DNA of 64,000 nt from Arenicellales bacterium (lineage in GTDB: Bacteria; Pseudomonadota; Gammaproteobacteria; Arenicellales; Poriferihabitantaceae), in contig OY734803.1 of assembly GCA_963457535.1 (NCBI GenBank), positions 1,108,977-1,172,976 of the forward strand, given 5' to 3'. This document shows, piece after piece, positions 48,544 through 57,528 of the stretch (position 1 is its first letter; each line of letters opens with the position of its first letter). The position numbers were made by a program, and so were the translations under genes. The notes below the pieces were generated by a model. That model was not told the origin of the DNA and did no database searches. It saw nothing but the letters and a program-made list of their open reading frames with translations.

Positions 48544-48930
48544 ATGAACCAAGCGCACCGCGGCACCGGCCGCCGCAAATCCTCCACCGCGCGCGTCTAT
48601 TTGCGGCGCGGCAGCGGCCGCATCACCGTCAACAAACAGCCGCTGGAAAAATATTTCGGGCGCAAGACCGCGCACATGATCGTCCGCCAGCCGCTGGAAT
48701 TGGCGCAGATCACCGATTTGGATGTGACCGCGCTGGTGGACGGCGGCGGCAACAGCGGCCAGGCCGGCGCGATTCGGCACGGCATCGCGCGCGCGCTGAT
48801 CGCCTACGACGAAAATCTTCGCGCGCCGCTGCGCAAGGCCGGCTTCGTTACGCGCGACGCGCGCGCGGTGGAGCGCAAAAAATTCGGCCTGCACAAAGCG
48901 CGCAAGCGGCCGCAGTATTCCAAGCGGTAA
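48544..48930 (+). CDS. rpsI: 30S ribosomal protein S9
   Basis: [12 protein letters not shown]...[19 protein letters not shown]...[19 protein letters not shown]. Confidence 0.95.
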   Translation: MNQAHRGTGRRKSSTARVYLRRGSGRITVNKQPLEKYFGRKTAHMIVRQPLELAQITDLDVTALVDGGGNSGQAGAIRHGIARALIAYDENLRAPLRKAGFVTRDARAVERKKFGLHKARKRPQYSKR

Positions 48931-48969
48931 TTTCCGGCCCGCGACCCGGGCGCGGATGCTCTGCCGATT

Positions 48970-49043
48970 TGGGGGATCGTCTAGCGGTAGGACAGCGGAC
49001 TCTGACTCCGCCGGCGGGGGTTCGAATCCCTCTCCCCCAGCCA
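48970..49043 (+). tRNA. tRNA-Gln (anticodon CTG), CCA encoded
   Basis: Acceptor TGGGGGA/TCCCCCA, anticodon stem GCGGA/TCCGC with loop CTCTGAC, T-loop TTCGAAT. Confidence 0.85.
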
Positions 49044-49057
49044 CCCCGCCCCGCATC

Positions 49058-49603
49058 ATGAAACACCGCAAAACCGCCGCCGCACAGGCCGCACTGGGCA
49101 TGCTGCTCGCGCTGTGCTGCGCAATCGCGGCGGCGCCGGCCGCGGCCCAAAACGACTTTGAGCGCTTCATCGGCGCATACCGCGGCAGCGCGCAGGTGGA
49201 CGGCGCGCGCCGCGACATGAGCGTGCGCATTCGCGCGATGGAAGGCGGCTTTGAAGTCAATTGGAAATCGGTCAGCCACAAAAGCGGCGGCCGCCTCAAG
49301 GAAAAGGAATACACCATCGGTTTTCGCCCGACCGGCCGCGCCGGCATTTATTCCTCGGCGATGGGCGTCAATGTGTTCGGCAACCCGGTGCCGCTGGACC
49401 CGATGAAAGGCGACCCGTATGTCTGGAGCCGCATCAGCGGCGGCACGCTCACGGTGTTTTCGCTTTTGATAGACGACGACGGCGGCTATGAAATGCAGCA
49501 ATACAACCGCGCGCTCGCCGACGGCGGCCTGCGCCTGGAATACCGCCGCATCCGCAACGGCGAAAAACTGAAGGACATTCGGGTGTTTTTGGAGAAGCAG
49601 TAA
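49058..49603 (+). CDS. secreted hypothetical protein
   Basis: Start at MKHRKTAAAQAALGMLLALCCAIAAAPAAAQ (signal peptide). The upstream ORF part crosses the tRNA. No recognised domain. Confidence 0.6.
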   Translation: MKHRKTAAAQAALGMLLALCCAIAAAPAAAQNDFERFIGAYRGSAQVDGARRDMSVRIRAMEGGFEVNWKSVSHKSGGRLKEKEYTIGFRPTGRAGIYSSAMGVNVFGNPVPLDPMKGDPYVWSRISGGTLTVFSLLIDDDGGYEMQQYNRALADGGLRLEYRRIRNGEKLKDIRVFLEKQ

Positions 49604-49610
49604 CGCCCGG

Positions 49611-49678
49611 CATTTTCCGCGGCGATTTTTCTCCCCGCCATTTTCCGCGGCGAAAATCTCCGCGAAAAATCGCCGCGG
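49611..49678. repeat. direct and inverted repeats between convergent genes (possible terminator structure)
   Basis: 15-mer cattttccgcggcga occurs at 49611-25 and 49639-53. ccgcggcgattttt (49617-30) is the exact reverse complement of aaaaatcgccgcgg (49665-78). Confidence 0.6.
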
Positions 49679-49703
49679 CTGTTTTCGCCGCCGTTTTTGG
49701 AAA

Positions 49704-51566
49704 TTACGGCAGCAATTCCTCAATGTTGGAAATCACCGTCGCTTCCGCGGTGCCGCTCATGCGGGTGGTGATTCCGTCGCCGGCGCGCATGCCGAGCAAA
49801 TACCGCGTCAGCATGATGCCGTCGGCGAGGGTCGTTCCGTTTGCGCCGTCCAGGTCCAAACTGCCCAGTTGCACGCCGTCGCGAATTTTTGCGGCGATGC
49901 CGGCCGCGTCCAAAGTCGCGCCCTGCGCGGCCAGACCGGCGGTCAATTCCTCGCCGCGCGCGCCGGCCAAATAGCGCGCGATCAGCACGCCGTCTTTCCA
50001 GTCGGCACCGTCCGCGCCGTCCACATTCGGGTTAAAAGTATCGCGGATCAAAATTTCGGCGGCGCCGAAATCCACGGAGACGCCGTCGCACGAAGCCGCG
50101 GCCGACAGCGGAATGCTCTCGGTTTGCAGGTCGGAATCCACCGCCGGCGTAACCCGCATATTGCCGCTGCCGGACAATTGCCCGGCCGCGATGGTGATCG
50201 CCGGCGCGGCGCCGAGCGCGGAATAATCCCCCGGCGATTGCGCGAGCGCGTCCCCGGCGGTGCCGGCGATGGCGGCCGAGCCGACCGTGACCGTCACCGC
50301 GCAATCCGCGCCGGGCGCAACCGAGCCGCCCAGTGCGGCGGTGATGGCGACGCTCTGCTCGCCGCCGGCCTCGCTGACCTCGCCGGCGCGCAATGTGCCG
50401 CTTGCCGGCAGTGAATCGTCGTCGGTCGCGGTCAGCGCGACGCGTATCAGCGCGCCGTCATACACATCGCCGCTGGTGGTGGAGGCGGTGCAGGTCAAAG
50501 TGGCGGCGCGCGTTCCGTGCGCGAGGTTGTTGTCGGCGATGCTGAGCGCGAGCGCCTGCGCGGTTTCCCAGTTGCTCGTGGTGAATTGCAGTTGCGCCGG
50601 CGCGGCTGTGACCGGCGCGGCGCCCGCGACCGCGCATGCCAGCGTCACATCGTTATCCGGCTGCTCGCCCAGCGACACGCATAAATTGACCGCGTCTCCG
50701 CCCTCGGCGAGGGTCGCGGCCGCGGTCGCGGCGTTGTGCGAAACCGGGCATGTGCCGTCGGTGTCGGGCGCGGTGATTTGAATGCCGCGCAGCATCAGCG
50801 GCGCGGCCTCCACCACATCCGCCCAAAACTTCTCCTCGTCCGGATTGACGCCGGCGATTTGCACTTCATAGGTGGTGCCGCCGGTCAGTCCGGTGATGGT
50901 GTAACTGCCGGCGCCGACCGGCGCGCCGTCGGCCTCGCCGGGGTTGAGATAGGTCCGGTTCGCCGCTTTGGTCGCCCAGCGCGCGACATAGGAGACCGTG
51001 GACGCCGCCGAATCCGCCGGCGGACTCCATGAAAGGAGAAGCGCGCGGGGTTTTGCCTGCGCGGAAACCGAAGTGGGCGTGTAGTCGGTTTGCATCGCAC
51101 TGCCGCGCACGAAGGTAAAAGTGTAGCGGCGGCCGGCGGCAATCTGCGCCGCGCTACTGCCCGCAACGGCATTCAATTCAATGCTGGTGGCATCTGAGAG
51201 AACGGTGATTGGAGTGAATCCAGAAAGCACATTAAGGACATTTAGGAAAAGCAAACTAACAGTGCCGCCGCCCAGCGTGAAAGTCGGCGTCACGGAGGAC
51301 ACCCCCTCCGGCACCGTCAGCGTATACGCGCAAGTGTCCGGGGAAAACGCCGGCGAAAGCGGCGCCGGAGCGCCGCTAATGGCAAAAGACAGCGAGGCGA
51401 GTTTCGGCGCGCCGCTGCAACTCTGCGCCCACGCCGGACCGCCGATCAGCAGCGCAACAAACGCCGCCGCGGCCGCCGCGAGACCGCGGATGCGCCGGGC
51501 GCGGCTTGCCCCGTTTTTTTCATTATTGGGGGGGGGGGGCAAGAGCGGGTTTTTTGCCGGTTTCAT
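49704..51566 (-). CDS. secreted cadherin-like beta-sandwich / FN3 / C-terminal dockerin-like repeat protein
   Basis: Start at MKPAKNPLLPPPP, signal-like RRIRGLAAAAAAFVALLIGGPAWA, cadherin-like LASLSFAISGAPAPLSPAFSPDTCAYTLTV, FN3 (YVARW...YEVQIAGVN). C-terminal duplicated DVDGADGADWKDGVLIARYLAG / LDLDGANGTTLADGIMLTRYLLG. Confidence 0.7.
   Translation of the reverse strand: MKPAKNPLLPPPPNNEKNGASRARRIRGLAAAAAAFVALLIGGPAWAQSCSGAPKLASLSFAISGAPAPLSPAFSPDTCAYTLTVPEGVSSVTPTFTLGGGTVSLLFLNVLNVLSGFTPITVLSDATSIELNAVAGSSAAQIAAGRRYTFTFVRGSAMQTDYTPTSVSAQAKPRALLLSWSPPADSAASTVSYVARWATKAANRTYLNPGEADGAPVGAGSYTITGLTGGTTYEVQIAGVNPDEEKFWADVVEAAPLMLRGIQITAPDTDGTCPVSHNAATAAATLAEGGDAVNLCVSLGEQPDNDVTLACAVAGAAPVTAAPAQLQFTTSNWETAQALALSIADNNLAHGTRAATLTCTASTTSGDVYDGALIRVALTATDDDSLPASGTLRAGEVSEAGGEQSVAITAALGGSVAPGADCAVTVTVGSAAIAGTAGDALAQSPGDYSALGAAPAITIAAGQLSGSGNMRVTPAVDSDLQTESIPLSAAASCDGVSVDFGAAEILIRDTFNPNVDGADGADWKDGVLIARYLAGARGEELTAGLAAQGATLDAAGIAAKIRDGVQLGSLDLDGANGTTLADGIMLTRYLLGMRAGDGITTRMSGTAEATVISNIEELLP
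51528..51539. repeat. 12-nt G/C homopolymer (poly-C in codons 10-13 of the minus-strand gene)
   Basis: Counted directly: ggg (51528-30) plus ggggggggg (51531-39). It encodes PPPP in MKPAKNPLLPPPPNNEK. Confidence 0.9.
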
Positions 51567-51826
51567 CGGGATTTCTCCGTCGGTTGGCGCCGGGGCGAAT
51601 GGCGCGGATTCGCGCCCTCGCGGGCGCGGCAAAATGGAAATTTGATGGTAGCCGCTCGCGCCCGAAAATGCAAGCCGCCGCGAAAATCGCCGCAAAAATC
51701 GCCGTGAAAAAACCCCGGCGGAAATCGCCGCGGAAAACCTCCGCCGCGGAAAATCCCCGCGGAAATCGCCGGGCGGCGGCAAAAGCGGTATATTTTGCAG
51801 CCGCATCAACACCTCGGAGGCGTGCC

Positions 51827-54800
51827 ATGTCGCCCGCTGCTTTCCTCCCGCCGTTTTCCCGCCCGAGCGGCGCGCCGGGCATTTTCCGTCGGCAATTTTC
51901 GCGCGCACTCGCGTTTGCCGCGGCCGCGCTCCTTCTGGCATTGGCCGGCCCGGCGCAGGCGCAGCAGCGCAACGACGACGCGACTCTGAGCGCGCTCGGC
52001 GAATCGGCCGGAACGCTGTCGCCGGAATTTGATCCGCGCGTGCTTCGCTACACGCTGTCGCTTTCCGGCATGCCGGCCGCGGTCTCGTTCGCGCCCACGC
52101 CGTCGGTCGCCGGCGCGGTCGTCACGGTAAACGGCGCCGCGGTCACCGACGCCACGCCGCGCATCATCGTCGGACTGAAAAGCGCGACCGGCGACATCGC
52201 CACCATTGTGGGCACCGCGCTGGACGGCAAAACCATGCGAACTTACACGGTGCGCGTCTTTCGCGAGACGCTGCCGGCGAAAATGACGCTCACCGCGACG
52301 CCAATCGCCAGCGGAGTGCGGGTGTCGTGGGAAGCCGATCGCGCCGCCCATCCGCCGATTAGCTCCCATGACATGAGCTTCCGCGAGGTGAAAAATCCGC
52401 GGGGCCCATGGCTGCAGGTCGCCGGAACTTTTGAAGCGGGTTCCACCAACTTTTCCTACAACGGCTTTCAGAATGTGGTCGATTTCGACTCCACCGCGCT
52501 CAGCGACAGCACCGACTACGAAGTGCGAATGCGCGCCGTCAATTCCGCCGGCGCCGGCGCCTGGAGCGAGCCGGTGACTTTTCGGCCGCTCGCCGCCGAC
52601 GCCATAAGCCCGCCGCGAGCGCCGAGCCAATTGAGTCTCACCGTGCGCGATCGCGCGCTCATCGCCAACTGGCCGGCCGGAAACTTCTCCGGACGCATCG
52701 GCTATCGTTTGCGCTGGCGCGAGGCGCGCGACGGCGCCAACTGGCAGGGGGAATCCGGCGACGACGACGAAGGCCAATTCATTTCCGGCGCGGAAAGCGA
52801 CATGTATTTCATCACCGGGCTGACCAACGAAACCGAATATGTGGTGCAGGTCGCCTCGGCGCACACCGCGGTCATCTCGGCTTTCGCAACCGAGGCGCGC
52901 GCCACGCCGACCCGCCGCGCTTCGCCGCCGCCGGCCGCCCCGGTCTTTCCGACCCAGGAGGAAGTCGGGGCGCTGGGCGACGGCATCACGCTGCGCTGGA
53001 ATCCGCCGGACGACGACGGCGGCGCCGAAATCACCGGCTACCGCGTCCGCTGGCGCGCGGCCGGCCCGCCGCTCGGCGCGTGGAACGACGAAGAGGGCGT
53101 CCTTTCCGACAGCGTGAACCGGGTCTACCGCATCGCGCCCCTCGCCGCCGGCAACTACCAAGTGCAGATTGCGGCGGTCAATTCGGCCGGCCGCGGCCGC
53201 TGGTCGGAGTCGGTCTCGGAGGGGGTCACCAACGCAACCCCCTCGCCCGGCGCCTCCGACCTTACGCGACTTTCCATCACCGACGAAGACGGCAATCCCG
53301 TGGAGATTTCCCCGGCCTTTGCGGGCACCACGCGCTTATACAGCGCAATGGTCGGCGCGGATGTCGGCGCCATTCGCATCAGCGCCGATGCGGGCGCGCT
53401 TCTCTACAAATCGCCCGACAAGGTTTTCGGCTCCGGCGATCTCATCCCGCTCCTGCCCGGCATCACCCGCATTGACATCGGCCGGCGGGCGCTTGGCTCG
53501 CAAATTCTGTCGCGCTATTTCCTGAGCGTCACGCGCGCCGCGCCGCCGGGAAAACCGGAGGCGCCCGAAGTGCGCGCCGTCTCCGAGACCTCGCTGGAAG
53601 TGTCGTGGAGCGAGCCGCGGCAGGGCTCGGCGGCGCTGACCGTCTACCATGTGCGCTGGCGCGCCGCGGCGCGCGGCGGCGTCGCCGCCGGAAAGTGGCG
53701 CAATGCAGCCGGCGACAGCGACGACGGACAGGAGATCGAGAACGGCGCCGATGCGAGGCGTTACACCATCGCCCAACTGACCGAAGGCGTCCCCTACGAC
53801 GTGCAGGTGCGCGCGCAAAGCGAAATCGGCGCCGGCGCGTGGTCGGACTCGGTCACCGCCACTCCGGCCTCCACCGACGCCGCGTTAAGTTCGCTCGCGA
53901 TTTCCGGGCAGGCGCTGCTGGCGCCGCCGGCGTTTGACGCGGACACATTGACCTACCGCGCCTACTTTGGCCGCTCGGCGCGCAGCATTAATGTGCGCGC
54001 GCGCAGCGCGCATTCGGGGGCGAGCGTCTCCGCCGAGGGGCGCGATGTCGCGCCGGGCCAGACCGTCACGCTGCCGCTGGTGCAAAACGGCGTCAAGAAC
54101 ATTGAAGTGACGGTCACCGCGGCCGACGGAAACACCGTCCGCGTCTACCGCATTGAGGCGAACCACCGCCCGGCGCCGCCGCGCGATTTTGAAACGCGCC
54201 CCGAGCGTTTCAACCGCGCGCCCTCCATCGCCCTGCAATGGCGGCCGGGCGCGACTTCCTTCGGCAATGACGCCGGCGGCGTCCATGTGAAACGCGCCGA
54301 CACCGCTGCCTGGCCCTCCGACGATTCGGCGGCCGACTCGCTGCCGTCCGGAGTCGCGCTTTCCGGCGGAGACGCGCTCGCGGGCGGCGTCTATTCGGCG
54401 CGGCTGACCGGCATTACGCCCGAGACCGCCTACGATGTGCGCGTCGCCGGCGCATACACCGCGAGCAATCTTCGCGTCGGCGGGGCGTTTTCCGAAATCA
54501 AACGAGTGACCGCCGGCGCGCTGGTGGTGCCGCCGGGTCCGCCGCGGCGAATCAGCGTCAGCAATTATTCGGTGTCCGCGCCCAACCCGAACGGAAACCG
54601 CGACTACGCGCTGTATCTGGACTGGGATGCGCCGGCCGACGACGGCGGCGGCACGCTCTCCTACAAAGTGCGCGCGCGGCGGGGGAATATTCCGTTCGCG
54701 GCCGCGGAGCCCACCACCAGTTCCGACTACGCCTACACCACTTTTGACGACGAGGAGTTCCTCATCGTGACCGTGCAAATCTCCTCGGCCACCGAAGCCG

Positions 54801-56134
54801 GCAGCAGCGCGCCGCTGCAGATCTCCGCCTTTATGAGCGCGGGGCAACTGGACCTGACGCCGGGCTCGCCGCAGAATCTCCAAGTGACCACGGCCGCCGA
54901 TGGGCTGTCGCTGCAGTGGAGCGCGCCCGCGCCCGCGCCGCGCGCCGACGGGCTGCCGGCCGACCAGGCGCCGAATTATCTGGTGCGCTGGGGGCGGGGG
55001 GAGAATCCGCAAACCTGGCTCAACCCCGGCGGCGCAAACGGCCTCGGAGTCACCACGGCGACCTCGCACACCATCACCGGACTGAGCGCCGGGCTGCACA
55101 CCGTGCAGGTCATCGCCAACAACCGCGCCGGCGACAGCCTCGCCTGGACTTCGGCGACCGTCCGCGTCGGCGAGATCACCCGCCCCGGCGCGCCGCAAAA
55201 CCTCACGCTGAGCCGCCCGTCGGCCGACGACGCGTTGACCGCGAGTTGGCAGCCGCCCGCGGACGACGGCAACGGCGTGCTGTCCTATGCGCTGCGCTGG
55301 GCGCAAGTTCCGGACCTTGCGACCTGGCTCAACACCGGCGGCGCCGACGGCGAAAACATCGGCGCCGGCCTTTCGTACACGATTGAGAATCTGGCCGACG
55401 GCACCTACGCGGTGCAGGTCGCCGCGGTCAACTCCGCCGGCGCCGGTCCGTTCACCGCGGCCGCCACCAAAATCACCGGGTCGGAGCCGCCCGGAACGCC
55501 GCGGGGCCTCGCGCTCAGCCGCGGGCAAAACACCGGCGAAATCGTGCTGCGCTGGCAGCCGCCCGACGACGAAGGGCGCGGCGGCGCGCTGTCCTACGCG
55601 CTGCGCTGGGCGCGCGGCGAGGGCTCGAGCGCGTGGATCAACAGCGGCGGCGCCGACGGCGAAAACATCGGCACATCCACCACGCACACCCTGACCGGCC
55701 TGCAAAGCGGCGTGTACACCGCGCAAGTCGCGGCGGTCAATCCGGGCGGGCGCAGTCCGTTCAGCGCGGCCGCCGGCATTTTCCTCGACACTTTTGATTT
55801 GGATGTGGATTTTGACGGCGACGGCGGCGACTGGGTGGACGGCGTTCTTCTCGCCAGATATTTGGCCGGGGTGCGCGGCGATTCGCTGCTGCGGCCGGAA
55901 ATCTCCGGCATCACCGCGACCGCCGTGCAAATCGCCGCGAAAATCAAAACCGGCATGGACAACGGCAGTTTGGACATTGACGGCAGCGGCAAACCCACCG
56001 CCGCCGACGGCATCCTGTTCGGCCGCTACCTGCTCGGCGTCACCGGCGACGCGCTGATCGCCGGGCAGACCAACTCGTCCACGGCCGCGCAAGTGGCGAC
56101 GCGCATAGAAGCATTGCGCCCGCAGTCACAGTAG
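51827..56134 (+). CDS. giant secreted protein: cadherin-like domains, more than 10 FN3 modules, C-terminal dockerin-like repeats
   Basis: Start at MSPAAF... with signal-like ALAFAAAALLLALAGPAQA, DATLSALGESAGTLSPEFDPRVLRYTLSL, and recurrent FN3 signatures (ITGYRVRWR, YEVRMRAVNSAGAG, YAVQVAAVNSAGAG). C-terminal DVDFDGDGGDWVDGVLLARYLAG / LDIDGSGKPTAADGILFGRYLLG. Confidence 0.75.
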   Translation: MSPAAFLPPFSRPSGAPGIFRRQFSRALAFAAAALLLALAGPAQAQQRNDDATLSALGESAGTLSPEFDPRVLRYTLSLSGMPAAVSFAPTPSVAGAVVTVNGAAVTDATPRIIVGLKSATGDIATIVGTALDGKTMRTYTVRVFRETLPAKMTLTATPIASGVRVSWEADRAAHPPISSHDMSFREVKNPRGPWLQVAGTFEAGSTNFSYNGFQNVVDFDSTALSDSTDYEVRMRAVNSAGAGAWSEPVTFRPLAADAISPPRAPSQLSLTVRDRALIANWPAGNFSGRIGYRLRWREARDGANWQGESGDDDEGQFISGAESDMYFITGLTNETEYVVQVASAHTAVISAFATEARATPTRRASPPPAAPVFPTQEEVGALGDGITLRWNPPDDDGGAEITGYRVRWRAAGPPLGAWNDEEGVLSDSVNRVYRIAPLAAGNYQVQIAAVNSAGRGRWSESVSEGVTNATPSPGASDLTRLSITDEDGNPVEISPAFAGTTRLYSAMVGADVGAIRISADAGALLYKSPDKVFGSGDLIPLLPGITRIDIGRRALGSQILSRYFLSVTRAAPPGKPEAPEVRAVSETSLEVSWSEPRQGSAALTVYHVRWRAAARGGVAAGKWRNAAGDSDDGQEIENGADARRYTIAQLTEGVPYDVQVRAQSEIGAGAWSDSVTATPASTDAALSSLAISGQALLAPPAFDADTLTYRAYFGRSARSINVRARSAHSGASVSAEGRDVAPGQTVTLPLVQNGVKNIEVTVTAADGNTVRVYRIEANHRPAPPRDFETRPERFNRAPSIALQWRPGATSFGNDAGGVHVKRADTAAWPSDDSAADSLPSGVALSGGDALAGGVYSARLTGITPETAYDVRVAGAYTASNLRVGGAFSEIKRVTAGALVVPPGPPRRISVSNYSVSAPNPNGNRDYALYLDWDAPADDGGGTLSYKVRARRGNIPFAAAEPTTSSDYAYTTFDDEEFLIVTVQISSATEAGSSAPLQISAFMSAGQLDLTPGSPQNLQVTTAADGLSLQWSAPAPAPRADGLPADQAPNYLVRWGRGENPQTWLNPGGANGLGVTTATSHTITGLSAGLHTVQVIANNRAGDSLAWTSATVRVGEITRPGAPQNLTLSRPSADDALTASWQPPADDGNGVLSYALRWAQVPDLATWLNTGGADGENIGAGLSYTIENLADGTYAVQVAAVNSAGAGPFTAAATKITGSEPPGTPRGLALSRGQNTGEIVLRWQPPDDEGRGGALSYALRWARGEGSSAWINSGGADGENIGTSTTHTLTGLQSGVYTAQVAAVNPGGRSPFSAAAGIFLDTFDLDVDFDGDGGDWVDGVLLARYLAGVRGDSLLRPEISGITATAVQIAAKIKTGMDNGSLDIDGSGKPTAADGILFGRYLLGVTGDALIAGQTNSSTAAQVATRIEALRPQSQ

Positions 56135-56203
56135 TTGCGGGGGGCGGGGCGCGGCGGGCGCGTTTTTGCTACCATAGCGCCCCCTTCCCCGCACAAGCAG
56201 GAC

Positions 56204-56764
56204 ATGATTGACGACATTCGGCGCGACGCCGAGGCGCGCATGCGCAAAACGGTGGACGCGATGCGCGACGAGATGAGCCGCATTCGCACCGGGCGCGCCT
56301 CCACCGCGCTGCTCGACCACCTCAGCGTGGATTACTACGGCGCGCCGACGCCGCTCAACCGCGTGGCCACGGTGGCGGTCGCCGACGCGCGCACGCTGAC
56401 CATTCAGCCGTGGGAGAAATCCAGCATGGAGGCGATTGAAAAGGCGATTTTGGAATCCGACCTCGGACTCAACCCGGTCACGGCCGGCACGGTCATGCGC
56501 GTCGCGCTGCCGCCGATGACCGAGGAACGCCGCCGCGAACTCGGCAAGATGGTGCGGCGCGAAGGCGAGAACGGCCGCGTCGCGGTGCGCAACATTCGCC
56601 GCGACGCGATCCACACCGCGCGCGAATTGCTGAAGGAAAAAGAGATCAGCCAGGACCAGGAAAAGCGCGCCGAGTCCGCGCTGCAGGCGCTGACCGACCA
56701 ATACATCGCGGCCATTGACGGCGTGGTCGCCGACAAGGAAAAAGAAGTCACCGAGGTGCAGTAG
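56204..56764 (+). CDS. frr: ribosome recycling factor
   Basis: MIDDIRRDAEARMRKTVDAMRDEMSRIRTGRAS..LLD...V.YYG.PTPLN. Confidence 0.95.
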   Translation: MIDDIRRDAEARMRKTVDAMRDEMSRIRTGRASTALLDHLSVDYYGAPTPLNRVATVAVADARTLTIQPWEKSSMEAIEKAILESDLGLNPVTAGTVMRVALPPMTEERRRELGKMVRREGENGRVAVRNIRRDAIHTARELLKEKEISQDQEKRAESALQALTDQYIAAIDGVVADKEKEVTEVQ

Positions 56765-57528
56765 TGCGCGCCGACGCCATTCCTTCCGCGCCGCCGCCGG
56801 ACGCGGCCGTGCCGCGCCACATCGCGGTGATCATGGACGGCAACGGCCGCTGGGCCGCGGCGCGCGGAATGCAGCGCATCGCCGGCCACCGCCGCGGCGT
56901 GGAAGTGCTGCGAAAACTCCTGCCGCTTTTGGTGCGCCGCGGCGTGCCGTATCTGACGCTGTTCGCGTTTAGCAGCGAGAACTGGCGGCGGCCGCGCGCC
57001 GAGGTTTCGTTTTTGGTGGAACTTTTGGCGGCGACCATTGAGCGCGAGGGAAAGCGGCTGCACGCCAATCAAGTCCGCCTGCGCGTCATCGGCGATTTGT
57101 CGCGTTTCCCGGCGAATTTGCAGCGCAAAATCGCCGAGTCGGTGGAATTGACCCGCGAAAACCGCGGACTCGGCCTGACCGTGGCGGTCAACTACGGCGG
57201 CCGCTGGGACCTGACGCAGGCCTGCCGCTCGGTCGCCGAATCGGTGGAGCGCGGCGAATTGCCGGCCGGCGCGGTGGACGCCGAATTATTGGAGTCGCGG
57301 CTTTGCACCGACGGCCTGCCCGAGCCGGACCTTTTCATCCGCACCGGCGGCGAGCAGCGCATCAGCAATTTTTTGCTGTGGCAACTCGCCTACACCGAGT
57401 TGTATTTCACCGACGCCCACTGGCCCGATTTCAACGAGACCCACCTGGACAGCGCGCTGGAATTTTTCGCGCGCCGCCAGCGCCGCTTCGGGCGCACCGG
57501 CGAGCAGGTGCGGCAATTGCAGGCATGA
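56764..57528 (+). CDS. uppS: ditrans,polycis-undecaprenyl-diphosphate synthase
   Basis: PRHIAVIMDGNGRWA, FAFSSENWRRP, RISNFLLWQLAYTELYF. GTG start. Confidence 0.92.
   Translation: MRADAIPSAPPPDAAVPRHIAVIMDGNGRWAAARGMQRIAGHRRGVEVLRKLLPLLVRRGVPYLTLFAFSSENWRRPRAEVSFLVELLAATIEREGKRLHANQVRLRVIGDLSRFPANLQRKIAESVELTRENRGLGLTVAVNYGGRWDLTQACRSVAESVERGELPAGAVDAELLESRLCTDGLPEPDLFIRTGGEQRISNFLLWQLAYTELYFTDAHWPDFNETHLDSALEFFARRQRRFGRTGEQVRQLQA

Noticed and set aside
52000-56000. Repetitive DNA inside the giant gene, considered as a possible CRISPR-like or tandem non-coding array.
   Set aside because: The repeats are about 290-300-nt in-frame FN3 modules with divergent sequence and no short conserved direct repeats or spacers. 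They are coding-domain duplications.
56134-56203. G-rich stretch (gcggggggcggggcgcggcgggcgcgttttt) after the giant gene, considered as a G-quadruplex or terminator.
   Set aside because: Only a weak 4-bp stem precedes the T5 run, and the G-runs are short and irregular. The evidence is insufficient to call either structure.
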